DNA of 64,000 bases from Octopus sinensis (GCF_006345805.1 NC_043002.1:91388001-91452000); one strand, 5' to 3'; positions 39,736-52,144 are shown, counted from the stretch's first letter. Numbers and translations: made by a program. The notes: generated from the letters alone by a model not told the origin.

Positions 39736-41551
39736 CCATTTTGAATATTTCGTATTTTTATGCCTATAGAATGCACACAGAAGATCAGAAATCTTAAACA
39801 TGTGCAAGCACACTGTCACGCACACACACACATACACACACACACACAACAAAAACAGCAAGAACAACATCAACAAGGAAATGAACACAAAATACAAATA
39901 CAAAATAGTGGGTGTGTTTTTATCCGATTTTTATGTCTCCCAGAATGAAAATGAATTTTAAAATTTAGATTTCGGTGTTAGATAGCAAGAACTGTCAAAC
40001 TGTTAACGTGAAACAATCCGCTTAGTTCATACTTTAACAGACTACTGGAATTTCTAGATGTGTTATGTCTCATTTTCACCCTCTAGAGAATTTGCCACTA
40101 GCTTAATTTTTTTGCACGTTTATATATTTATCCAAAGAGAATAACAGATCGTTTGTGCTTTTTTTTAAAACAATCTTGAATTGATATTAAAACAATGGGG
40201 GCTAATATTCATCGTGAGAAATTATCAACAGCCACTCACTCTCATTCCAACGAGACTGATGTCGATGCTGATAACCATGTCTTGGAGTCTTCACAAAAAT
40301 ACTTTTTCTAAAATTTTCTTTCTAATGAATCCACGGTACGAAGTTTTTAGGATATCATACATACATATATGATGGCTTCTACTCTGTAGACAAGCACGAT
40401 CATTGCTGATATGTAATATAATATGATATATCAATGAAATCAAACCAAATATTTTGAAGGCAGTTAATACACACGTTTCAGAACATTATGTAATAGAAAA
40501 TGGGAAATTCATCCCTTACGCGAGATCTTCCTCGATTAATGCATTTCAAAATTTTGAAATATATTAACTGAGCAAAGTAATAGATATCAATAGTTGATTA
40601 GACTTCATTATCATATTTTGTTCAAGTGGATGCCAGTACAAACTAGCAGGACCAACTCCATTTACGAAGATACTCTAACAAGGATCTGGAGAAGTTTGTT
40701 CTATTTGACACGAGTTAAAATCTCTGGTAATGTGCATCGCTTCTAAGCATGAGGTTGATGAAATGGACGGACCCTGATGAAGCTACACCGGCAATGTTGC
40801 AAGGTTCAATTTGCAAAGTTAGTAGTCGCAGCAGCGGAAACATGTGTAGATCATTATAATATGCTGTATACAACTATAAAATAAATTTTGTAGATGTACA
40901 AGTCTCCACACTCTTTATTATAATTAATATTGTGTGTGTATGTGTTTGTGTGTGTGTATCTTCTAGGTAGCATAATTCAGCCTCTTTATATACAAATGGA
41001 CATGAGAAAATACAAGGGTTCCCAGACTTAGGTATATGAAAACAAAACAAAAAAAAAATAGACAAGGACAAATGACAGTAACTTTTGGCGCCAGTTACTC
41101 ATGAATAATTTGTATTTCCACGCCAGTGAATCAATTAATTGAACAATGAAACAAATAGCATAGCTTCGGTCATTTATTATCTTTCTATTGCTGATATAAG
41201 TTCCTTAGGAAAGCAATAACTACATAACCACCTCGTTATAATTTTATCGTCGCTAATTTCTTTATAAATAAAATGCTTCAAACAATACTTATGAGAAGAT
41301 ATACTGTAAAGTTAAGATGTTAATTACTTCCGGTTAACTAGGACGGTTCAAGAGCTACTTCCAGTATATTCTAGTTAAAGCACAATTCAGAAATACACGC
41401 AAGCGTACATATATACACACTTACATACATACATACATACATACATATATGAATTATGATTATTGGGCGAAGTCGCATCATCCTCCATTCCTTCATACCT
41501 ATGTGCTATATATGTGTGTTTGTGAATGTATGTACGTATGTATATATTATG

Positions 41552-41597
<46 letters not shown>

Positions 41598-42204
41598 CAT
41601 ATATACTTACATACATATATACACACAAAGACATACATTGATATATGCCTCAGCGACATCATTGCCAACTGATGTAATACTCTCTGTCTCAAAAATACAA
41701 TATGGCAGACAGAGAAATCTGGAACAAAATACAAAATAAAAGACAATAACAAATAATGATGATCGGATTGCGACTGATCGATGAAAATAATAATTGTGGA
41801 ATATAAAACCTAATACTAATCAGACACCTAGTTAAAACATAAACGAGCTGATATTGTTGTTTGAGGTCACCAAAATATAAACATGCCTTGTTAGAAGCAT
41901 TCTAATATGCGTTAGAAAGAAGACATCTATGGAACATTAACGAAGCGTTACATTTCAAGTGCTCAGTATACCGCTTCAATACTGTATTATTATTAGAGCA
42001 ACAGAATATAAACCAAACAACTTGAAATTATTGCTGAACTTGTCTTGGAGAAAAATGTGTCACCATAATACATTTGTTGCAGGTGATCGCCATATACGGA
42101 CAACAGATATCTACAGAACTTGACAAGAAAGACCATCAGGGTGAGTGGTTACCAAAACAAGACAAACAGAGCATTAGAATTTCATTATTTTATATATATG
42201 CCCG

Positions 42205-42340
42205 TAACTTAGCGGCTCGGCAAAAGGGACCGATAGAATAAGTACAAGGCTTACAATGAATAAGTCCTGGGGTCGATTTGCTCGACTAAAGGCGGTTCTC
42301 CAGCAAGGCCACAGTTACATGACTGAAACAAGAAAAAGAG
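42205..42340 (+). mobile_element. SINE family A 3' half
   Basis: CCCGTAACTTAGCGGCTCGGCAAAAG...ATGACTGAAACAAG. Confidence 0.8.
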
Positions 42341-42971
42341 TATATCTGTTTCTGTATATGTACGTATATATAAATACATATGTGTGTATGCATAAAATAT
42401 ATTTTCCAACTAAACGTGGCGGTCTTATAAAGGACGGCGTTACTGTTTTTTCAGCCCCAGGAAGATATATCCTCCAGCTAGTCAACGACACACGGTTTGT
42501 CCGATTAGTATTTGCGAGTGAGGATATCGTTCCCACCTCTAGCCTTACGTGATACACACAGAGCTGAGATTTTGGATGGTTACTCATATACAGTGTATGT
42601 TAATCACAGGCTTGTGATGAAGAACTCATTTCACTCGCAAACGACTATATCCTTTTTCTTGCGACACACTGCCGCTGATCTCTTAAAAAGAGAGATAAGT
42701 TATATTAAATCTCTGAGCAGAGATAAACATTAACAGTACGGAATCGTGAAATGTATTTTACAACTAAATGTGGTGGTCCTGTAGAAGACCATGTTACTAT
42801 TGTTTTTAGCCACAGGAAAACATCTCCTCCAGCTGGCCAACGACAGAGTCAGTGTCCAATCAGTATTTGCGAGAGTGGTCATCTGTCCCATCACTAGCCT
42901 TATGTGATATATATATATATATATATATAAAGATATTATTATTGATAATAGCAAGCATAAAATAACCCTTA

Positions 42972-43221
42972 ATTTATAATCAGGGTACGAGTTAGAGCAC
43001 AGAATTGCTAGAAATAAGAGTCAAAACTGCTCAAAACCACAGTTATCACTAATACACGCTAGTGAATTCGAGGAGAAACGAATAAATATAAAATCCGGCT
43101 TTTATATTTACTCGTTTTTCCTAGAATTCACTAGCGTGTATTAGTGATGACTGAGGTTTTGAGTAGTTTTGACTCTTATTTCTAGCAATGCTGTTCTCTA
43201 TCTCGTACCCTGATTATAAAT
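42972..43221. repeat. 250-bp imperfect palindrome (foldback) next to (TA)n
   Basis: Arms 42972-43093 and 43100-43221, 6-nt spacer TCCGGC. Confidence 0.9.
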
Positions 43222-43223
43222 AC

Positions 43224-43403
<180 letters not shown>

Positions 43404-43414
43404 TGCATATACAT

Positions 43415-43852
43415 ATATTCTTTTATTCTTTTATTTGTTTGACGTGTGACTGCCGCCAAGCTGGAGCACCGCGTTGAAGGGGTTTTAGTCGAACAAATCG
43501 ACCCCGAACTTAGTACTTATTTTATCGGCCTTTTTGGCCGAACTGCTAAGTCGCGGGGACATCAACGCACCAGCACTGCGTGTCAAGTGGTGATGGGAGA
43601 CAAACACAGACACTAAGATACACACATACACACACACTCACACACACATACACACATGTGTTATATCTTTTACTTGTTTCAATCATCAGATTGCAGCCAT
43701 GCTGGGGCTTCTTTCAGTTTCCATCTATCAAATTCACTCACAAGGCTTTGATCGGCTCGAGATTATAGTACAACGTACTTGCCAAAGGTGCCATGCAGTG
43801 AGACTGAACCCGGAACCATGTGGATGGGAAGCAAACTTCTTACCACACAGCA
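43415..43852 (-). mobile_element. SINE family A, degraded
   Basis: Diverged match over its full length. Confidence 0.75.
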
Positions 43853-43863
43853 AAGGGCACATA

Positions 43864-44140
43864 ACCTAGTGGTTGAGATGATTCGCTCACGATCGCAAAA
43901 AGCCGTGGTTTCGACTCCCACACTGGTAATGTGTTCTTGTACAAAACACTTCATTTCACATTAGTTCCGTGTACTCAACTGTAAGTGAGTGGCCTTGCAG
44001 CGGACTGGCGTATATTTCAGGGGAGATGTTGGTCTACCTCTTTAGCGAGCGGGCTAGCGTCATTTGAAATGTATAACAATGTGGGGAAGCACATTATGAC
44101 CCGCGGTTTATCACAACATCGGATAGTCTCGTGGAAACAG
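43864..44140 (+). mobile_element. SINE family E-like, degraded
   Basis: tRNA-like TAGTGGTTGAG...GGTTTCGACTCCC, then AAAACACTTCATTTCAC...GCAGCGGACTGGCG; tail similar to 48300-48420. Confidence 0.55.
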
Positions 44141-44428
44141 TGATATAGAAATATATATGCTAAGTTACGCGCATACATACTTGATTATATACATACAAAT
44201 GTGTGTGCACACGCGCTTGTGTGTGACTGTGTGATGTATGTGTGTGTGTGTGTGTGTATTTAAATGCTTGTTTTTATGTAAATTTATATATCAGAATAAT
44301 CGGACTGAAGGATCACTGAATGCTATTTATTTATTTTCGCAAGGAAAAGTGTGATTGTGACTTCGATGTTTTGGGTTACTTGACAAAATTCGACTATGAC
44401 ATAATTTGGTTTTTGAAATCTTGCACAT

Positions 44429-44842
44429 AGGCGCAGGAGTGGGTGTGTGGTAAGTAGCTTGCTAACCAACCACATGGTTCCGGGTTCAGTCCCACTGCGT
44501 GGCACCTTGGGCAAGTGTCTTCTGCTATAGCCTCAGACCGACCAAAGCCTTGTGAGTGGATTTGGTAGACGGAAACTGAAAGAAGCCCGTCGTATATATG
44601 TATATATATATATATATATATATGCGTGTGTGTATTTGTGTGTCTGTGTTTGTCCCCCCCCCCAACATCGCTTGACAACCGATGCTGGTGAGTATACGTC
44701 CCCGTAACTTAGCGGTTTGGCAAAAGACGACCGATAGAATAAGTACTGGGCTTACAAAAAGAATAAGTCCCGGGGTCGAGTTGTTCGATTAAAGGCGGTG
44801 CTCCAGCATGGCCGCAGTCAAATGACTGAAACAAGTAAAAAA
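44429..44842 (+). mobile_element. SINE family A, full length
   Basis: Same structure as 34933-35353. Confidence 0.9.
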
Positions 44843-45692
44843 AATAATAATTTTATTGGGCGAGTGTCCTCAAAGAAGGCAACGATGTATTTGCAAATTA
44901 TTTGCATTGTAAATGACTTGATAGGAAGAAAGCAGAAATGGTTGCATAAGAAAGCGAATGGAATAGGAGAGGAAGAATGAATGCGATATGTTAGAGGAGA
45001 GAAGTTCAAAGATGGAATTTCTTTGAACTTCTCTACTTTAACATCTCAAATGCAAGATCCCTTCCCTAAGGATGGAGACTCGTCTCATCCTATGATGGAA
45101 TCAGTCTACAAACACAGTTATGGACCGCTGAGCCCCCAGAAACAGCTGTTGGATTTGTAACTCTTTTCCTTGACCCTTTTAATTCTCTATATCATTTGTA
45201 CTCTGTGTAAGTTGGATCTTTGTTATGTGTATATATGTATACAGTTATTTAATACACTGATCTGTCTAATTTGCTTATCCCTACGTTTACTTCTGTGGCC
45301 GCTCAAATTTAAATGTCCTGAGCACTACGAAGTGCATTCTATACGGAGAATATCTGGATCACATCTATGAACTATATATTTTATATAATTGTTATAAAGA
45401 GGACAACAAACGTTAAGGCAACGAAAACATCTCAAGTCATATATTATTATTATTATTATTGGGGAAAAAATTCAGTCTTACAGCTGTTTCTAGGATATCC
45501 CAGAATATGGGATATTCCGTCATAATGTATATGACTTTAGATGTCTGCTTTGCCTTAACGTTTGTTGTCTTCTTTAACAACTATATATGCGCTATATCTC
45601 AAATCTGCAACGGTTCCATTGGAGCCCTAGTAATCCGTTACAGTACCTGCCAAACGTACCTAATTATTTAGATCACCTATAAACTAAAGCCC

Positions 45693-45723
<31 letters not shown>

Positions 45724-45750
45724 TTTATTTTAAGCAGCAGAAAATTCAAC

Positions 45751-45798
45751 AAAATCTGTTACTCTGAGTTTCTCGTTGCCGTTCATCAGACAGTTTTT
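45751..45798 (-). ncRNA. candidate minimal type-I hammerhead ribozyme (minus strand, unit 1)
   Basis: AAAAACUGU-CUGAUGA-A-CG-GCAA-CG-A-GAAA-CU-CAG-AG-UA^ACAGAUUUU: both core motifs, GCAA-capped stem II, near-palindromic stem III ACUCAGAGU, GUA triplet, stem I CUGU/ACAG. Confidence 0.65.
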
Positions 45799-45804
45799 TC
45801 TAGC

Positions 45805-45852
45805 AAAAACTGTCTGATGAATGGCAACGAGAAACTCAGAGTAACAGATTTT
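45805..45852 (+). ncRNA. candidate minimal type-I hammerhead ribozyme (plus strand, unit 1)
   Basis: CTGATGA at 45814-45820, GAAA at 45831-45834, predicted cleavage after A45843; stem II has U-G instead of C-G. Confidence 0.62.
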
Positions 45853-46213
45853 GTTGAATTTTCTGCTGCTTAAAATAAAGCATATTACTCTACCACTGGT
45901 ATTTGAGTACTCTTTTTTCCACCTTGTTTCACATTTATGTATTTACTCCGGTATATATATATATACATATATATATACATTTACAAAATAAGAGCAAAAG
46001 AAAAATTCTAATGCCAAATATGCAGAAAAAAAGACAAAAATGCAGAAAAAAAGACAAAAATTTTTGTAAATTATTTATAAATTTAACCTTTAAAGGTATT
46101 TTTGATATGCTGGCCATTGATAAAATTTCCCGAAAAAATTTTTATCCTACATTAGTTATATATATATATATTATATATATATGTACTTTATTTTAAGCAG
46201 CAGAAAATTCAAC

Positions 46214-46261
46214 AAAATCTGTTACTCTGAGTTTCTCGTTGCCGTTCATCAGACAGTTTTT
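46214..46261 (-). ncRNA. candidate minimal hammerhead ribozyme (minus strand, unit 2)
   Basis: Same sequence as 45751-45798. Confidence 0.62.
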
Positions 46262-46288
46262 GCCGTTCATCAGACAGTTTTTTCTAGC

Positions 46289-46336
46289 AAAAACTGTCTG
46301 ATGAATGGCAACGAGAAACTCAGAGTAACAGATTTT
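46289..46336 (+). ncRNA. candidate minimal hammerhead ribozyme (plus strand, unit 2)
   Basis: CTGATGA at 46298-46304, GAAA at 46315-46318, predicted cleavage after A46327. Confidence 0.62.
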
Positions 46337-47105
46337 GTTGAATTTTCTGCTGCTTAAAATAAAGCATATTACTCTACCACTGGTATTTGAGTACTCTTTT
46401 TTCCACCTTGTTTCACATTTATGTATTTACTCCGGTATATATATATATACATATATATATATACATTTACAAAATAAGAGCAAAAGAAAAATTCTAATGC
46501 CAAATATGCAGAAAAAAAGACAAAAATGCAGAAAAAAAGACAAAAATTTTTGTAAATTATTTATAAATTTAACCTTTAAAGGTATTTTTGATATGCTGGC
46601 CATTGATAAAATTTCCCGAAAAAATTTTTATCCTACATTAGTTATATATATATATATATATATAGTATTTTCACATTCATGCACATACATATATACATAT
46701 ATATACATGTTTCAAAGGCATACACACGCATACATGATTTTAGACCTCAAGAATATACGTGCATCGGTCATCGACTATGAGCATAGTTATATACGGTTAC
46801 AAAAGACAAGGCTTAGAACTTATATCTGCATATAGAGATAGTTTGGTGAGATGTATATAGACTGTGAACCAGTTTTTATATACAAGTCATGTCTCCCATA
46901 TGTGGGAAAATCTCTTAAAAGTTTGGCAGAATTTCTTTGATCCGTTGTGAATGCAGATAAATATAATTATTATTATCATTTGCAGAATTATCACTCGTCA
47001 CCGCTTCTCTATCGCCGAAAAACGTACATGCCTGTTTGTTTTACAAAAAAAAAAAACAACACGACAAAATTATAGTTTTTAAAATCTAACGGGAAGAAGT
47101 GAGTG

Positions 47106-47178
47106 GGTACGTTGGTGTAATGGTTAACACACTTACGCGAAAATAAGATGTGTGGGTTCGAGTGCCATGCATACGGAA
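47106..47178 (+). pseudogene. degenerate tRNA-like sequence (tRNA pseudogene or orphan SINE head)
   Basis: A box TGGTGTAATGG, D stem GTGT/ACAC, CTTA/TAAG stem, B-box-like GGTTCGAGTGCC; acceptor and T stems mismatched. Confidence 0.45.
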
Positions 47179-47449
47179 AACCCACGATTTTCCGTGGAGG
47201 GCTCACATGCTGCAATATTAGGCCATTTTCTTTAGTCTTAAGTATATAATTATTTTTTTCAGAATACATAAGCTTGTGTGTGTATACATACATACGCATG
47301 GGCATACCACGTAAATGCGCACAAAAACACACTAATAACTATATGTAGAGTGAGAGGTAAAAAGAGAAGTATATGTGTGTATGTGTGTGTGTGTGTGTGT
47401 GTGTACGTGTGTATCTGCTTCTCATGTGTCTATAAGAATGCTTCTGGCG

Positions 47450-47479
<30 letters not shown>

Positions 47480-47482
<3 letters not shown>

Positions 47483-47633
47483 CTGTGTGTGCATTATTAT
47501 TATTATTATTATTATTTTATTATTATTATTATTATATATTATTATTATTATTATTGTTGTTGTTGTGTTATTATTATTATTATATTATTATTATTATTAT
47601 TATTATATTATTGTTATTGTATTGTTATTATTA

Positions 47634-47692
<59 letters not shown>

Positions 47693-48085
47693 TATTACTA
47701 TTATTGTTATTGTTATTATTATTATTATCCTTATTATTATATGCCAGTAACATTATTTCTGCTTGTAAGAATTATAGGACTATGTGTGCTAAAGTGATGG
47801 AGCTGATTGTTGTCAAAGCTACAAAGGAAGGCAGAAGGGGGGATTAGAAAAAGAAACCTGTCTCTACTTTTGCTACGTCATTCAGTCCCACACCTCTTAC
47901 AAAAACACACAAGCTCTTGTAATTTTTTTTTCACCCACTGACTCATAAATATTTACATTAATGCATTCATGTACATGAACTTTTATAGAGTCGTTTGTGC
48001 ACGGCTGCTGTTCATCTGTATATAAGTACGCTTGTTGCGCATATATACATATAATATTATATATATATATATATATATTATATAT

Positions 48086-48146
<61 letters not shown>

Positions 48147-48166
48147 TATATATATGTATATATATG

Positions 48167-48197
<31 letters not shown>

Positions 48198-48206
48198 CAT
48201 ACATAC

Positions 48207-48239
<33 letters not shown>

Positions 48240-48290
48240 GTATATATATATGTGTGTGTGTGTATGTATATATATATTTATGTATATATA
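47480..48290. repeat. (ATT)n and (TA)n/(CA)n arrays
   Basis: Direct reading. Confidence 0.9.
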
Positions 48291-48299
48291 TATACACAT

Positions 48300-48420
48300 A
48301 CTGGCCTGCTCGCTTAGCCAGTGGGATGGCGTCATTCGAAGGCTAAAACAATGCGAACGCATTGTGACCAGCGATGTGTAACAACATCTGATGGTCTGGT
48401 CGGTCACGTGATCACGTGAT
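48300..48420 (+). mobile_element. 3' tail of a SINE related to 44040-44140
   Basis: GCTTAGCCAGTGGGATGGCGTCATTCGAAGGCTAAAACAATGCG...CATTGTGACCAGCG vs TTTAGCGAGCGGGCTAGCGTCATTTGAAATGTATAACAATGTG...CATTATGACCCGCG. Confidence 0.5.
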
Positions 48421-48573
48421 ATACACATACATAGATACATACATACATATATTTATATACACACACATATATATACATATACATAGATACATATATATAT
48501 ATAAATATAAATATATATATATATATGCATATATATATATACATATACACACACACACATATATATATAGTTC

Positions 48574-48605
<32 letters not shown>

Positions 48606-49429
48606 ATACATGTACAAAATTTGTAGAGGTGTTCCATATTAAAACAGAAAATATATTTTTTGTATTTATATACGTATGCTTGTTTGAGTGTGTGTACCTG
48701 TGCATGTGATTAAATACATAAGTATATACGTATATGTATGTGTATGTATGTATGCATATCTATATGCATTTTGTATGTATGCATATCTATATGCATTTGT
48801 GTTTGCACGCGCGCGTGTGCATTGTGTGTACGGGTGTTTGTATAAATGTATGAACATGTCTATTGTCTATTTAGCTGTGCAACAAGGATTCCATGATGTA
48901 AGCATATTTCAATACACACAGACACACACACATACACACACGCGCACACACACACACATACATACACACACACACATACACACACACACATGTATATATA
49001 AGTAAAAGGAAATGTATAAAAAAATTGTGTTTTTATAAATATGTGCCTGCATGCCGATATGCGGTAATGATATGTATGTCTCATTCGTTCTCCATCTTTA
49101 TATACACTCGCAAGTGCACAAACGCAGATACACACACACACACACATATATGTATATACACTCATATACATATACAGAGAGAGAGAGGGGTGGGGAGAAA
49201 AAGGCTAGGATAGAGGGGCAACTGAAAGAGAGAAAAAAGACTCACTCAGAAACAATCATGTAATAAATACATTTACGTTTGAAACACTAGCGACACTCCT
49301 TTCCTCTCATTCATCTTTCAACTTAAACCTTTACTCATCCGTCGTGCTGTGTTCTGAACGTTTGTTTCTTTCATTTTGTTTTTTTTCAACTGTTATGACT
49401 ATTTTTCCACTAGTGCAAATAAACATAAC

Positions 49430-50240
49430 GGTGATTTGACAAACGCTTACGTTGCAAATTTCGCGGCTTTGGAACGATGTACACATAAATAATAGAACAA
49501 TGATCGGATCTTTTCAGTTTGAACGGCAGTTTTTTTCTAGTGGTGTCATATGAAATTGTCATCTATTGCATTTGAATCTCTTTTAGGGTTAGGGTTAGTG
49601 AGGGTTAGGGTTAGGGGTGGGGGAAGGGTATATTTTTTTTCTTCACAAATGTAAATAAACCCAATGTGTTTCTTAAACGAGGGACATATTCATACGACAC
49701 AGAATGCTTTTTAACTCAATAGACGCCAGCGATTGGTTGAAATTGCAGAAATTGAAGAAAAAAAAACAAACAAATATCTTACAAACTATAGAATTTTTTC
49801 AATGAAGCCAAGAGAAAAAGATGTTTTATAAACACATTCTACCAGTATACGAAGTTTTAAAGTGTTTACTTACCTAGAAATTATGTTAAAAACTGCCGTT
49901 CAAACCGAAAAGATCCCAATGATCAGCCACAAAATTTGAGAATAAAAAAGAATTGAAGGTGAATGAAAACATAAATTGCAAAACCAAAAATCTCATCTTC
50001 TGCATTACATTCCCATGATGCAATGTGAATTTATATTGGGGTAAACATGAACGAAACTAACCAGTCGTGTAAACGCGCATAAACAACAATTTAAAGATTC
50101 ATCTCTTAGAAATGTTCCGAGACATTTGCGTAAATGGAGAATTTAAAATAGTCCCGTTTTAGAAAATATAAGATGAAAATGATCAAATACGAAAGGCAAA
50201 GGATGAATACTTCATAAGGATGTTTTCCTGCAGGTTTTAC
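49430..50240 (+). mobile_element. degraded Penelope-like GIY-YIG fragment, interrupted by a MITE
   Basis: After removing the MITE: KFENKKELKVNENINCKTKNLIFCIT...SRVNAHKQQFKD...FKIVPF...RKAKDEYFIRMF. Confidence 0.7.
49506..49916. mobile_element. 411-bp MITE with 29-bp TIRs, 8-bp TSD and internal TTAGGG repeats
   Basis: TIR GGATCTTTTCAGTTTGAACGGCAGTTTTT / AAAAACTGCCGTTCAAACCGAAAAGATCC (1 mismatch); TSD CAATGATC at 49498-49505 and 49917-49924. Confidence 0.9.
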
Positions 50241-50297
50241 CAGAGTGAACAAACACGATGAAAGATATTACATCTCTTATTTTATGAGTAGGATGTA

Positions 50298-50710
50298 CGA
50301 AAGGGTGCTGAAAAATTCCTGGCTTTGGGTAAAAGAAAACATAGGAGGGTCGGTAAATTATGATATTATTCAACATAGTGGTTAGGGCAGCGGACTCGCG
50401 GTCGGAGGACGCGGTTTCGATTCATAGACCGGGCGTTGTATGTGTTTATTGAGCGAAAACACCTAAAGCTCCACGAGGATCCGGCAGGGGCTGGTGGCGA
50501 CCCCTGTTGTACTAAGAGAAAGAGAAAAAACGGCGGTGCATCAGCATGGCCGCAGCTCTGAGCAGAAACTTTAAAAAAAATACCCCCTCTCAGATTCAGT
50601 CTTTCAGTCTTTCAGTTTTTCTAAGCCCTGTAAAAGTACTCAGAAGGTTTGGCTTCCAGCAAGGCCTTTCGTGATACTCTTAAAGCCAGGAACGTTTCAG
50701 CACTCCCTCG
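50298..50710. mobile_element. mariner-type MITE containing a SINE insertion
   Basis: TA-CGAAAGGGTGCTGAAAAATTCCTGGCTTT ... AAAGCCAGGAACGTTTCAGCACTCCCTCG termini; homologous to 59658-59830. Confidence 0.75.
50377..50575 (+). mobile_element. chimeric SINE: family C head and body joined to a family A-like tail
   Basis: AGTGGTTAGGGCAGCGGACTCGCGG...GCGAAAACACCTAAAGCTCCACGAGG, then GGCGGTGCATCAGCATGGCCGCAG. Confidence 0.7.
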
Positions 50711-50989
50711 CAGAGTATTTGTACCTGTTCTATCTGATGTGTTCTTTCAGGTTTAAGATGGTAGGGTTCGATCGACCGAGGTCTCCGTGTTATTTCTGAT
50801 ATACAGAGTGAGTGAATTAAATACGAAAGAAGATCGAACAACGGAGAATCGAAGAAAATATTGTACTTCGGTATTTAATTGAATCCAAATATAAAACACA
50901 AACATGGATACATGTTTCATACTTATCTATACATACTTGCTAACATAATGTATATACGTCACCCACTCACACATTAAAACCCCACACAC

Positions 50990-51540
<551 letters not shown>

Positions 51541-51589
51541 GGGAAACAGATAAAAATAGTACAGCGAACTTGCCGTAATATGCGGAAAA

Positions 51590-51950
51590 TCTAATATTTA
51601 TGCGATGAGTAGTCCACATTATTCCACGTTTCATGACAATGGACACGATCTTGATCCACCTCCTTGATTTCACACCAAGATAAACCGATTGCTTTCGCCT
51701 CATCCTTCGCGCATCCTTTCCAGGTCTTCGTAGGTCGTCCTACCTTTCTCCATCCTTCAGGTTGTCAGTATAACACTCACCTTGCAATGTTGTTTCGAAA
51801 CCTCCCTACAGTGTGACAGACGCAGCCCCCATTGATAGGAATTTTATGTAGACTTCTCTAAAGACTTCTCTCTGAAATTTGAGAATGTAACGCAGACATT
51901 TTGTTGAGATTAATGTTTTTGACTTTGATGACTCCCCATCCAAGTTTCTG
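51590..51950 (-). mobile_element. RTE-clade LINE 3' fragment
   Basis: PEGWRKVGRPTKTWKGCAKDEAKAIGLSWCEIKEVDQDRV, matching the RTE C-terminus P.G.R..GRP..TW...AQDR..W. Confidence 0.75.
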
Positions 51951-52107
51951 AGATTATAGATGTGTATGAGTGTGTGTGGTGTGTGTGTGTGTATCTTATA
52001 TATATATATATATAAAATAATTGTCACATATTATTTTAGATATACATTTCCTCTATTTACATAAATATTGAGGTCTCTTCCTTTCTTTTGTTATCTTACC
52101 GTTTTTA

Positions 52108-52142
<35 letters not shown>

Positions 52143-52144
<2 letters not shown>

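Larger units (their letters stand above)
45693..46664. repeat. two tandem units (463 and 484 bp) separated and flanked by (TA)n, each containing a long palindrome
   Basis: Unit starts CTTTATTTTAAGCAGCAG at 45723 and 46186; unit 2 has an extra 21-bp duplication near 46241-46281. Confidence 0.95.

Noticed and set aside
40770-40800. CTGATGAAGCTACACCGGC
   Set aside because: No GAAA or stem III follows, so it is not a hammerhead.
49526-49540. MITE end CAGTTTTTTTTCTAG resembles the centre of the hammerhead palindrome (CAGTTTTTTCTAG)
   Set aside because: Short, low-complexity match with no further homology.
49583-49617. TTAGGG run as a true telomere or chromosome fusion site
   Set aside because: Only about 5 units, lying inside a TIR/TSD-bounded MITE.
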